64,000 nucleotides of DNA from Chiloscyllium plagiosum. Lineage: Eukaryota. Below are positions 1 through 12,239 of the stretch, piece after piece. The notes beneath the pieces were generated by a model. The model did not search any database. It saw only the letters and a list, made by a program, of their open reading frames with translations, and had not been told where the DNA came from. Numbering within the stretch: the stretch's first letter is position 1; the number at the start of each line of letters is the position of its first letter. The stretch covers positions 392,918 to 456,917 of the forward strand of contig NC_057754.1 of the NCBI RefSeq assembly GCF_004010195.1. Direction: 5' to 3'. The position numbers and the translations under genes are program-made.

Positions 1-370
1 AAATTTCCCCTCTCCTCCCCCCACCCCCATGCCAGATCTAACCCTCCGACTCAGCTCTGCCTTTTGACCTGACCTACCTGTTCATCTTCCTTCCTACTTG
101 GCCACTCCACACTTCCCATCAACCTGTCACAATCACATCCTACCTTCGCCACCAATTGCCCTTCCAAATACCTTTCCCCTAGACTACCCCTCCATTTATT
201 TCTCAGCCCCCTTCCCCCTCCCCCCTCTCCCTCTCCAGTCCTGACAAAGGGTTAAGCCCGAAACGTTGATTCTCTTGTTCCTCAGATGCTGCCTAACCTG
301 CTATGCTTTTTCCAGCGCCACATTTTATTGGCAGTGACTACTCCAGCAGTTGTAGTCCTCACTGTCTCCT
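1..370 (+). mobile_element. Penelope-like element 3' end / pseudo-LTR with degenerate hammerhead motif
   Basis: C-rich tract, then CTGACAAAGGGTTAAGCCCGAAACGTT (241-267) and the family tail ...GATGCTGCC...TTTTCCAGC...GTCCTCACT, shared with copies at 1719, 44128, 56934 and 58012. Confidence 0.7.
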
Positions 371-419
371 AGCCTCAGTTTAGACTCCCATCTGAAGAAC
401 TGCCATTTAGTTGAGAACT

Positions 420-915
420 CCAAACATCTGACCTGGAGAAGGTGCACAGGAAATAGACAAAAATGATACCTGGATCTAAGAAGGTTAAATTATGACAGCA
501 GTTTTTAGAAACTAGGCTTACATTCCTTTGAATTCAGAAGATAAAAGAGTGATTTAAATAAGTAGTTTAAACTGCTCAAAAAGATTTGAAAAATTAGATG
601 GACAGAAACTATTTTCTTTAATGGGGAAATCAAGATCATGGGGATGTTCATTTTAAAATTACAGATAGGCAGTTCAAGAATGAAATCACAAAGGATTGTA
701 AAAATCTTGACCTCTCTCTCTCTCTCTCTGAAGACTCAATGGATGCTCAGGATCAAGTGCAGCTTTCAAGACTGAAATTGATTGACTTTTAGTGGAAAAG
801 GATATCAAGGGATATGGAACAAATGTGGGTAAATGGAGTCCAGATACCAATTAGATGTGATCTAATTGAAAGGTGGACCTGACTCACAGGGCTGAATAGC
901 TACTCGTGTTCCTCT
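420..915 (+). mobile_element. Old CR1 LINE 3' fragment
   Basis: Decayed RT C-terminus (LEKVHRK...MIPG) and CR1-type 3' UTR motif gggctgaatagctactc. Confidence 0.6.
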
Positions 916-1817
916 GAATAGTTTAGCTGGACCATAAGACAGGAAGAAAGTTTTCAACTTGCTATTAGAGAAAAAAAAGAGGATTGAAAGGAGTCCCTCA
1001 CTGCAGCAACAATCCAATCTGACAACTCAATTGCACATTCATACAAGACCATAAGAGCAACTCCAGAAAACACTATTCACAAAGAATTACACATATTGAA
1101 AAAATGTATTTGTTTCAGCCAATTCCTAAGTCATCTCCTCTACCAAATCTACTCTGCCTTGTCCCTGGCATCACCCTAACTCAACCATGCCTGAGAACAG
1201 AGATCAATTCCTTTACTAGACTATGGACCAGACAGCAATGACTAAAACCATCAGATCACCCAAGGAGTCTGCTGCAGGATCCCCTCAATTTTGCCTGATT
1301 GCAGACCTCAAAACAAATATATTTATTAAACGTGGAAGAGTCACAGCTTCATACAAAATAGTTTCACTGAGAAGCCCACTGAGGCTCATTCCACCTCAAA
1401 AGGCAATATCCCCCACCCTTATGGGAGCTAATCAATTTTCCATTTCTCTCTCACACATGCCTACAAGTCAGCAACACGTCACCCCCACAATCAAGATTTC
1501 CTAGGTTTAGAGTAAAATAAGTGACACATTCCAGGGGAAAGTTACTGCCTGTAGCCTGAAGATTGCCAGTACGTAAGGATCTGCTCTTTAATGCACTCAG
1601 TCAGTTCACAGCTCTGTGACTCTTCTCCCTCCCTTGGCTTAGATCGAGGAAGCCTAGCAGCCATTCTGTATATCTGAGAATAGAGAAGACCATTCAGCAC
1701 AGTTAAGCTTAGTTCTATGAGGAGAAAGTGAGGTCTGCAGATGCTGGAGATCAGAGCTGGAAATGTGTTGCTGGAAAAACGCAGCAGGTCAGACAGCATC
1801 CAGGGAACAGGAGAATC

Positions 1818-1845
1818 GACGTTTCGGGCATAAGCCCTTCTTCAG
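1818..1845 (-). ncRNA. Minimal type I hammerhead ribozyme motif (family A)
   Basis: Minus strand reads CUGAAGA-A-GGGC-UUAU-GCCC-GAAA-C-GUC: intact core with palindromic ACGU stem III. Confidence 0.75.
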
Positions 1846-1879
1846 GAATGAGGAAAGTTTGTCAAACTTTCCTCATTCC

Positions 1880-2379
1880 NNNNNNNNNNNNNNNNNNNNN
1901 NNNNNNNNNNNNNNNNNNNNNNNNNNNNNNNNNNNNNNNNNNNNNNNNNNNNNNNNNNNNNNNNNNNNNNNNNNNNNNNNNNNNNNNNNNNNNNNNNNNN
2001 NNNNNNNNNNNNNNNNNNNNNNNNNNNNNNNNNNNNNNNNNNNNNNNNNNNNNNNNNNNNNNNNNNNNNNNNNNNNNNNNNNNNNNNNNNNNNNNNNNNN
2101 NNNNNNNNNNNNNNNNNNNNNNNNNNNNNNNNNNNNNNNNNNNNNNNNNNNNNNNNNNNNNNNNNNNNNNNNNNNNNNNNNNNNNNNNNNNNNNNNNNNN
2201 NNNNNNNNNNNNNNNNNNNNNNNNNNNNNNNNNNNNNNNNNNNNNNNNNNNNNNNNNNNNNNNNNNNNNNNNNNNNNNNNNNNNNNNNNNNNNNNNNNNN
2301 NNNNNNNNNNNNNNNNNNNNNNNNNNNNNNNNNNNNNNNNNNNNNNNNNNNNNNNNNNNNNNNNNNNNNNNNNNNNNNN
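1880..2379. other. Assembly gap (500 N)
   Basis: Run of N. Confidence 1.
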
Positions 2380-2769
2380 TGTCTCGAACGTATGTGGGGG
2401 GTTCCTGGACTAGGGGGGATAGGACAGTGTCGAGGTAGGTAGGGATGAGTTCAGTGGGGCAGGAGCATGCTGAGACAATGGGTCGGCCAGGGTGGTCAGG
2501 CTTGTGGATCTTGGGAAGGAGGTAGAACCAGGCAGTGCGGGGTTCCCGGACTATGAGGTTGGAAGCTGTGGGTGGGAGATCTCCTGAGGTGATGAGGTTC
2601 TGTATGGTCTGGGAGATGATGGTTTGGTGATGGGAGGTGGGGTCATGGTCGAGGGGGCGATAGGAAGAGGTGTCCTCGAGTTGGCGTTTGGCTTCAGCGG
2701 TATAGAGGTCAGTGCGCCAGACTATCACTGCGCCCCCTTTATCTGCTGGCTTGATGGTAAAACTGGGAA

Positions 2770-3600
2770 ATGGCCTTGCCCTATCCAGACAACTGGGCAC
2801 TAGCCCCAGCTAGGCATTGGCTTTATCCAGACAACTGGGCACTGACCCCAACTTGGCAACAGCTCCATCCACACAACATGGTACTGACCCCACTGCACAT
2901 TGACTCTGGCCACACAGCTGGACACTGGACTCTTCAATGCATCGAGACATCAGATATTGGCCCTGTCAACATATCTAACACTGGACATAATCCCTTCAAT
3001 ACACTGGGCTTCGAACATTGGCTCCTTCAATACATCTGAGCAATAGCTCCAGGACCAAGTACAACTGACATTGACCTTTTCAATACAACCAGCATTGGAC
3101 AATGGCCCTTTCAAAACAAGTGATCTTGTAAATACTACAGACAATGGTTACTGACTATTTCAATACAACCCTCACTGGGCACTGACCTTTTCAATATAAC
3201 TGGCACTTGACTTTTAAATACACCTAACACTGAACATTAGCTATCTCCATACAACCAGCATTGGAAATCTCCCTTTCAATAAAACTAGCATTGCCTTTTT
3301 AAATACAACCAGCATAGGACACTGGAATTCTCAATACAGTTGGGCACTGGTCTTTTTTAATACAGTTGGTGCTGGGTCTTGACCTTTTCAACACAATCAG
3401 AACTGGCCTTTTCAACACAACCAGAACTGGCCTTTTTAATACAAAAAGCAATAGTCACTGACCATTTCAGTACAACCATCACTGGGCCTCGGCCTTTTTA
3501 AGACAATTATCACTGGACCACAGCCAATTAATAATAAACAGAACTGAACTTTTTAATATAACTGGCACTGGCAACTGGCATTTTCAACATAACTAGGGAT
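2770..3600. repeat. Degenerate minisatellite (about 30-40 bp unit)
   Basis: Recurrent CAATACAAC(C/T)(A/G)GCA(C/T)TGG...CCTTTT units; near-identical pair TATCCAGACAACTGGGCACT at ~2782 and ~2824. Confidence 0.7.
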
Positions 3601-4509
3601 GGGTTGGCCAAAGCAAAGGGTGCACGTATGATAATGCTCATGTATTTTTAACTTCACCTTGGATTAGAGAAAACAGGAAGTCCAAGAATTACACACTGGA
3701 GACGACATTTCATTTTAGGTCAACACAACCCCATAATGTACTTTTTTGACACATTGTTCATATGTGTAAATGAGATTTGGGAGCAATGGGGAAGGGGGAG
3801 AACCTGAAGAGACAAAAATGGAGAAAGAACATAGGTGCCCTGAGTTCTGCAACTGAGACGCTGTCTGGGGGGTAAAACTAGACACCCTGAACTGGACAGA
3901 ATGTAATTAATATGCCAGAATCCCCACTCTCTATTGGAAAGTATGCTATTTGGTGAGACTGAAATCGAGCTTGACTGAGATGCCAACCATAGCTGAACAG
4001 GCTGCTAAAAATCAATGTTTAGCCTCATGTGATATAGAGAAAGGCAGCATATAGTCTGCGATCGGACAGCCTGGAGAAGCTCAGATGATGTCAACTGGGG
4101 GTGATATCAGTTTAGTGCTTGCGTCTGTTAATAATCTTACTCTCAATGGAGGAAGGGCTCTTTGTCCAGCGTCAAGAAGGCAAGACAGCAATGAACAAGC
4201 AGTGTTCCATGGGATCTTTCCATTCTTGGAAAGTTGACCAATGAGATTTGGACACATTCTTAACAGGAACTGAAGGGAATGTCATCTTCAGGAATCACCT
4301 CATGACTATTTCCACCGTACCAATTTTAATTCTGCTCTTAAATCCCCTGCTCCTGCTCCTCCTCCTCCTCCTCCTGAAACCATTGGCTCTTTACCAAGGT
4401 GCCAGCTGGGCTCCTGACACACCATCAACCATGGGGGGCATTATAGCCAAACCCTGTTCACATTACACATTAAACCAGTTTGGCAGAAAGACAGTAACAG
4501 GGATCAGAG

Positions 4510-4717
4510 TAGATAGATTAGATTAGATTACATTAGATTAGATTACATTACAGTGTGGAAACAGGCCCTTCGGCCCAACAAGTCCACACCGACCCGCCGA
4601 GGAAACCCACGCAGATACGGGGAGAACGTGCAAACTCCACACAGTCAGTCGCCTGAGGTGGGAATTGAACCCGGGTCTCTGGCAGCAGTGCTAACCACTG
4701 TGCCACCGTGCCGCCCA
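4510..4717 (-). mobile_element. HE1-type tRNA-derived SINE (internally deleted)
   Basis: Minus strand GGGCGGCACGGTGGCACAGTGGTTAGCACTGC (A box), GGTTCAATTCC (B box) and (TAATC)n tail. Confidence 0.85.
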
Positions 4718-5883
4718 CGGTCAGTGGGGTCAGTGAGGTCAATTGTAAAAACCTTGTTGACACCCTCACCCTGTCCCAGATGAGACCAAAAACCCCAGCA
4801 GAGACCAAGGAATGGATCTGGTCTTGTATTGGCGGAGGCAGCAGCAGCCTTGAAGGGGAGCATGGAAAAGCAAGGGAGCCATGAGGAAAACAAAGACTCA
4901 GAAATGAAGGGCAAGAACAAACCACACAATGCACTGAGCATTTCCCTAACTCGCATACCTTTATTCACAGCACTCCCACACCCCACTTCCCCATCCCCCC
5001 TCATATTCCAGCCACAATGAAATCTCCTGGGAAAGGCCAAGAAGAAACCCTTAAGTGAGGGGGAGGGGTGTCTCAGGAGCACTGGGTTAGAAGTACAGGG
5101 TGAGAAGAGTGAATCAGGATTGCACCAGGATTCAGTATGGTACTTATCCTGCAATGATTGCTGCCATGTTGCCTGTAATTGCTATTGTCCTATTTTTAAA
5201 GCTTCACATCAGAAATCTCTTGTAAATAGAGCTGAAGAGAGGGAATTTACTGGGGCAGACCAAAGTGTATGACTTCTTTAAAAAAATGCTGGCTCTCAGG
5301 AGCACTGTGCTTGGATCATTTGATGTGGCTTGCTGGGTGGGGATTTAGGATGCTGAAGTGCAGTGAAGGAATCAGGACTGATGTGATTCCCTGCCCCCAC
5401 TTTCACCCACCCACACACATACGCACACACACACACACTGCCTGTGAGTTCAGACAGACTGAAGAGGCAGCAGAAGGTCTTTTGTCTGAGACTTGACAAA
5501 GAGCCACTACAGACAGCCTGCCCACGTAGGCCACCAAGTCAGCTGGTCTCTCTTAAAGAGACAAGCCACTGTAATGCAGGAAGCTAATAGGGGATTGTTT
5601 CCCCCAACTTTTTCTCAAAGCAACCATCTGGTGTGGTTTTGTGTTACCCAACTTGGGGGTAGCCCAATTTAATTTTTTCTTCATCACCACCCCAATCTTC
5701 TTGCGACCTGTGCAAGGTTAGTTGAACTAAGAAAATTGAGTTAAAAAGCCAATCAGCTGTGATCTGATTGACAACAAACTCCTGTTCTGTAATCAGCCAG
5801 AATACTGTCAAGCTGAATTAAGACAAAGATGTTAAGACAAAGATGGGCAAAAATTCTCTCTCTCAGAAGGCAGATATTCCAAA

Positions 5884-8800
5884 AGACCATAAGATATAGG
5901 AGTAGAATTAGGCCATTTGGCCCATAAAGTCTGCTCCATCATTCGATCACGGCTGATAAGTTTCTCAACCCCATTCTCCTGCCTTCTCCCTGTAAGCTTC
6001 TAAAAGGTCATTCATTCTCTCTGAAGCTCGTGTCTCCTACTGGAGGAAACATCTTCTCCACATTCTTTCTATCAGTATTCTGGAAGTTTCAATGAAAACC
6101 CTCCCATCCTTCTAAATTCCATTGAGTACAGACCCAGAGTCCTCAAATGCTCCTCATATGACAAGCCCTTCATCCCCACGATAATTTTTTAAATCTCCTC
6201 TGGATCCCCTACAAGGCTAACACAACCTTAAGTCCATAAAACCATAAGACATAGGAGCAGAACGTAGGCCATTCAGCCCAGCAAGCCTGCTCTGCCATTC
6301 AATCATGGCTGATAAGTTTCTCAATTCCATTCTCGTGCTTTCTTCCTATAACCCTTGATCCCCTTGATACTCAAGAACCTATTTTTCTCAGTCTTAAATA
6401 TACTCACACAGCCTCCACAGCCTTCTGTGGCAATAAATTCCATAGATTCACCAATCTCTGGCTGAAGACGTTTCTCCTGATCTCCATTCTAAAAGGAATT
6501 ATTCTAAGGCTGTGCCCTTGGGTCCTAGTCTCTCCTAGCAATGGAAACATTTTCCTAACATTTACTCTGTCCAGGCCATTTAGAATTCTGTATGTTTCAA
6601 ATAGATCCCCCCCCACCTCATCCTTCTAAACTCCATCGAATATAGACTCAGAGTCCTCAAATGTTCCTCATATGTTAAGCTTTTCATTCCTGGGACCATT
6701 CTCGTGAACCTCCTCTGAACACGCTTCAGGGCCAGTACACGCTTCCTGAGATATGGGGCCCAAACATGCGCACAATACTCCAAATGTGGTCTGACCAGAG
6801 CCTTATAGAGCATCAGAAATACATTTCTACTTTTATACTCAAGCACTCTCAAAATAAATGCCATCATTGCATTTGCCTCTTAACTTCTGATTCAACCTGC
6901 AAGTTTACCTTGAGAGAATTCTGGACTAGAACTACCAAGTCTCTTTGCACTTCAGACTTCTGAATTTTCTCCCCATTTAGAAAATTGTTCATGTCTCTAT
7001 TCTTCCTACCAAAGTGCATGATCTCACACTTTCCATCTGCCACTTGCCCACTCTCCTAACCTGTCCAAATCCTTCTGCAGCCTCCCTGCTTCCTCAATGC
7101 TACCTGTACTTCCACCTATCTTTGAATCATCTGCAAACGTAACCAGAATGCCCTCAGTTCCTTCATAAAAAGTTGTGGTCCTAACACTGAGCCTTGTGGA
7201 ACAACACTTGTCACTGGCTACCATCCTGAGAACAATCCTTTTATCCCCACTCTCTGCTTTCTGCCAGACAGCCAAGTTTCCATCCGTGCTTGCCTCGAAC
7301 ACCATGGGCGCTTATCTTACTCAGTAGCCACCTGTGCGGTACTTTGTCAAAGGCCTTCTTGAAGTCCAGGTAGATAATATCCATTGGCTCTCCTTGGTCT
7401 AACCTGTTTGTTACTTCCTCAAAGAATTTTAGCAGATTTATCAGGCATGACCTCCCCATGAATGAAACCATGCTGACTTTGCCCGATTTTACCATATACT
7501 TCCAAGTATTCAGAAATCTCATCCTTCACAATGGATGAGATTTCTCCCTCAGATAAGGAGCCCAAAATGGTCACAAATGTGGTCTTGACCAGAGTTTTAT
7601 GCAGTCTCAGCGGTACACTCCTGTTCTTGTATTCTAACCCTCTCAAAATGAATGCTCACATTGTATTTGCCTTCCTAAGTGCCACTGAATCTGCATGTTA
7701 GAACTGAGATGAGGAGGAATTTCTTCAGCCAAAGGATGGTTAATTTATAGAACTCATTGCTACAGAAGGCTTGGGAGATCAAGTCATTGAGTGTATTTAA
7801 GACAGAAATAAATAGATTCTTGATTAGTAAGGGATCTAGGGTTATGGGGAAAAGGGAAGAGAATAGATTTTAGAAATATATACGCCAGGATCGAATGACA
7901 GAGCAGATTTGATGGGCCAAATGACCTTATTCTGCTCCTATATCTTATGGCCTGACACTAACCTTAAGAGAATCCTGATCTAGGACTTCTATATTCCTTT
8001 TTGCTTCAGATTTACAAAGTCTTTCCCCATTTAGAAAACAGTCTACATCTCTATTCTTCTGTCTAAAATGCATAACTTTCCCACATTGTATTCCATCTGC
8101 TACTTTTTTATCCATTCTCCCAGCCAGCCCTCCTCACCTTCTCAATAATACCTGTCCCTCCACCTTATCATCGTATTATCTGGCAAACTGAGCAACAATG
8201 TCCTCAGCATCTTCGTCCAGGTTGTTAATGTATAACTTGAAGAGTTGTGAACCCAGCACTGTACCCTGCGGAATTCACTCATCACCAGGCTGCCATACTG
8301 AAAGAGACTCCTTTATCCCCACTTTCTGCTTTCTGCCAGTCAGCCAATCTTCTATTCAGGTCAATACCTTACCTCTATAGCCACGGGCTCTTATCTTATT
8401 TAGCAGCCTCCTGTGACGGCATCTTGTCAAAGTTCTTTTGGAAATCAAAATAGATCACATCCATTGGCTTTCGTTCATCTAATTTGCTCATTACACCCTC
8501 AAAGAGTCCTAACAGATTTGTCAGGCATGACCTCCCCTTGAAGAAGGCATGCTGAATCAGCCCTACTTTATCATGCACCTCCAAATACCCCGCAATCTCA
8601 TTCTTAATAATGGACTCTAAAAACTTACCAATGATCAAGTTCAGGCTAACCGACCTATCATTTCCAATTTTCTGCCCCCTCCCTTCTTAAACATGGGCAT
8701 TAGATAAGCCATTTTTCAGCCCTCTGGACTCTCCCTGACTCTCGTGATTCCTGGAAAACCACCAGCAATATCTCCATCATCTCCTCAGTTATCTCCTCCA

Positions 8801-8960
8801 GAAATTTGGGGTGTCATCCATCTGGTCCCAGTGATTTATTCAACTGTTGATTTTTCAGCTTCCCTTGCACTGTCTCCTTAATGACAGCCACGACCCTCAC
8901 CTCTGACCCCTGACTTTCTTGAAGTTCTGATAAGCTACTGCTGTGTTCCATTGTGAACTC
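5884..8960 (-). mobile_element. Cluster of nested, truncated CR1 LINEs (includes a + strand CR1 tail at ~7700-7950)
   Basis: ORF2 fragments GRSCLINLLKFFEEV...DIIYLDFKKAFDKVPH, FADDSKIGG and LYKALVRPHLEYC; (CTTATG)-type tails at ~5890 and ~6235. Confidence 0.88.
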
Positions 8961-10127
8961 TCTTCCTCAAAAGGTAGTGAAAGCAGAGTCTTTGAATATT
9001 GATTCTTGATAAGTAAGGGGGTAGTGGAAGGTTATCGGGTGTAGGTGTGAATGTGGAGTAATCAAATCAGCTGAATGGCGGAACATGCTCGAATGGCCTA
9101 TTTCTCCTCCTAAGATGAAATGTATGAAAGTGAATCTTAACTAGTGCCACAGTTAACTACTGTCCCTTTCAGTACCTCAATGAGGAACATGCGGGAGAGA
9201 GCATCAAATTCGCACTCTCACCAAATGAATGTGCTGCATTTTTACAGCCACTTTCAAAAGGAATAAAAAAATGGATTGCCACAGTTTCCTGATCCCACTT
9301 GAAGGGCAAGGTCATGGGTACATCTGCACAAAAGAAGGATTACACCTTATAATAATGCTCCCTGAAAGTAAGTAACTAATAGCCTCATCTCATGGTCAAG
9401 CAACCTGATAAGGTATCAGAGAGAAATCTTTTTCAAAATGAGGGATCTCACTTACTTATCAATGTAGTCCGCTTAGTCAGCCAGTGATCCTTGTAGCTTC
9501 GGACTCCAATGGGAACAGGAGAACCTGTAGATAAGCACCAATGAATTTAATCCTGAGGAATCCAATATCTGACTGATCAAACAACCAAAACATGTCCATT
9601 TTGTCTTCTTAAGTTTTCTTTCTAATTCATATTATACAGTATTGGCCTCCAGTCCCCACCATCTCCTATGCAGACTTAGAGTGTTCCTCCAATGAAGAAT
9701 ATCTGAGTTCCAGGTCTTTCATTACAACTAAAATAGAAATTAAACAGCACTAGCTGCAAATAATATCGTAGTTGAACAACTAAAAATTGCATTTATGTAG
9801 CAACTTTCATCTAGGAAATATCCCTAGGTGCTTCATGATAATGTGATCAAAAGCCAACAGTAAACATGGGAGCTACTAGACCTAAAAGCATGGTCCAAGA
9901 TTTTGATTTTAAGTAGTGACGTGAAGAGATTAAGAGAGTCCAAAAGGTTTAAGAGAGGAATTCCAATTGGTGCTGATTATCATGCTGCAAATTGTGTTGT
10001 AGAGCCTCAATAGTGGGACAGTATAACTACAATATGACTTGCAGTTTCCATTATAAATGTGGTCATAGGATTTCAACAGGAAAGTTCACAGAAACAGAGC
10101 AAGGACAGAAGATAATGTAATGCATTA

Positions 10128-10636
10128 TTGGATGCTTTGGAGAGGGAGCAGAGAAGGTTTACAAGGATGTTGCCTGGTATGGAAGGTGCGAGCTATGAAG
10201 AGAGGTTGAATAGGTTAGGTTTATTTTCATTAGAAAAAAGGAGATTGAGGTGGGACCTGATTGAGGTTTACAAAATCATGAAGGGTATAGACAAGGTGGA
10301 TAGAGACAAGCTTTTTCCCAGGGTGAAGGATTCAATAACGAGAGGTCACACTTTCATGGTGAGAGGTGGAAAGTTTAAGGGGGATACACGTGGCAAGTAC
10401 TTCACACAGAGGGTGGGGGGCGTTTGGAACGTGTTGCCAGCAGAGATGGTAGAGGCAGGCACAGTAGATTAATTTAAGATGCATCTGGATAGATGCATGA
10501 GTAGGTAGGGAGCAGAGGGAAACAGATGCTTAGGAATTGACCAACTGGTTTAGACAGTACATTTGGATCGGCTCAGGCTTGGAGGGTCGAAGGACCTGTT
10601 CCTGGGTTGTAAATTTTCTTTATCCTTTGTTCTTTG
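10128..10636 (+). mobile_element. CR1 LINE 3' end
   Basis: [37 protein letters not shown]; 3' UTR followed by TTCTTTG-like tail. Confidence 0.88.
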
Positions 10637-10949
10637 GTAGATAGCAAGATATCAACATAACTGGAGATAAATTAAAATGTTATACTGTTTTGATATTCTG
10701 CTTACCATCTTTTGGTACATTCATTTCTGGTGTCCTGTGATCTTTCTTAATCTGTTAAAACAAATAAAATTCACATTTAGACAGGTCCTTTCTAAGTGAA
10801 ATGCCACAAAGCACTTTTCACACAACAGATTACTTTTACGGTGTAATCTAACACAACAGTTAATTTAAACACATAGTTCCAGAAATAGCAAATGAATTTA
10901 ATATGGTTTAGCTATTTGGGTTGAGAGTCAGGAATGTTGACCAGAAACT

Positions 10950-11610
10950 TATCAGGCCAAGTCATAGAGATACTGTGGCTACAAGATCAGGTCAGAGTTT
11001 AGGAATTCAGTAGCAAGTAACTCACCACCATATACCACTTGCAAGTCAGGACTACGAGGGAATACTCCTCACTGGCCTCGAAAAGTGCAGCTCCAACATT
11101 AGTCAAAATGTTTGACAACATTCAGCACAAAGCAACTCACTTGACTAACACACCCACAAACATTCACCAACACTTCCTGCCACTATTGATGCTCAGTGGC
11201 AGCAGTGTCTACCAGCTACAAGATGCACAGCTACAACTCATCAAGGCTGCTTGAACAACACCTTCCAAACCATGATCACTACCATGCAGAAGAAAAGGCA
11301 GCAGATACATATAATCCACCTCCAAGTCACTCACATCATGACTTAGAAAAATATTGACGCTCAGTCAAAATTCTAGCTCTCACTAATATAACTGTGGGTC
11401 TACCTACACATGGACTGCAGTAGTTCAAGAATGCATCTCAGCACTAACTATTCCAGTCTGGATTAGAGCGGTGCTGGAAAAGCACAGCAGGTCAGGCAGC
11501 ATCCTAGAAGCAGGAAAATCAATGTTTCGGGCAAAAGCCCTTCATCAGGAACTAACTATTCCAGGGCTAATGCTCGCCAATAAATACTGGCATAACCAGT
11601 GAAGCCCATG
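10950..11610 (+). mobile_element. Old LINE 3' fragment (CR1/L2 group, different family)
   Basis: Decayed QVR-x-x-EYSSLA...AAPT...DNIQHKA; homologous fragments at ~34130-34990 (+) and ~52070-56400 (-). Confidence 0.55.
11457..11550 (-). mobile_element. Short hammerhead-bearing Penelope-derived insertion with 14-bp TSD
   Basis: TSD ACTAACTATTCCAG at 11443-11456 and 11551-11564; minus strand CTGATGAAGGGCTTTTGCCCGAAACATT. Confidence 0.8.
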
Positions 11611-11677
11611 AATATTGCATGTCAATTTTCAGTAGTTACATGCTCTATTTCAGATAAAACGTCATATCAACAAAGTT

Positions 11678-11977
11678 TAGATTAGATTACCTACGGTGTG
11701 GAAACAGGCCCTTCGGCCCAACAAGTCCACACCGACCCTCTGAAGAGTAACCCTTTTCCCTCTGACTAACGCATCTAACCTCTGGGCAATTTAGCATGGC
11801 TGATTCACCTGACCTGCACATCTTTGGACTGTGGGAGGAAACCAGAGCACCCGGAGGAAACCCACACAGACATGAGGAGAATGTGCAAACTCCACACAGT
11901 CGCCCAAGGCTGAAATTGAACCTGGGATCCTGCTGCTGTGAGGCAGCAGTGCTAACTACTGAACCACCGTGCCGCCC
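11678..11977 (-). mobile_element. HE1-type SINE
   Basis: tRNA-like head, body shared with other copies, (TAATC)n tail. Confidence 0.85.
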
Positions 11978-12239
11978 CTTAAGTCAATGGTCATTATCGT
12001 CTTTCGAACTGTTCACACTATGTTTTCCTTTCTCACTGGCATTTTAAATTACCTGCTTCTCCATTTTGAAACCTGTTTTGTCCGCTTATTCTTCAGGGTA
12101 AATGGTGAATGAAAGTGATTTAAACAAATTGTGACTCTTGTTCCTCTGTATTTTTTTTTTACATTTTTTGTTCACTGAACTCTTACTGCACTTGGTTAAT
12201 ATTATATAGTTTTTAAAAGGGCTCTATTTTTTATTCAAT

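Larger units (their letters stand above)
1719..2762 (-). mobile_element. Penelope-like retroelement: pseudo-LTR plus RT N-terminal region, spanning an assembly gap
   Basis: ORF TIKPADKGGAVIVW...YLLPKIHKPDHPGRPIVSACSCPTELI matches Penelope RT motifs; hammerhead core at 1818-1845 (-). Confidence 0.88.

Noticed and set aside
1728..2438. Long ORFs of 216-312 aa in the ORF track
   Set aside because: Their length is an artefact of the 500-N gap.
2770..3600. Repeat-spacer-like periodicity suggesting a CRISPR array
   Set aside because: The context is eukaryotic, the units are degenerate tandem repeats with no unique spacers, and no cas genes are present.
4395..4453. Minus-strand MPPMVDG..., reminiscent of RCOR N-termini (MPAMVEKG)
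   Set aside because: An in-frame stop follows after 16 codons unless it is spliced. Splicing to the 1673 acceptor creates TGA, and no ELM2/SANT exons are visible in the window.
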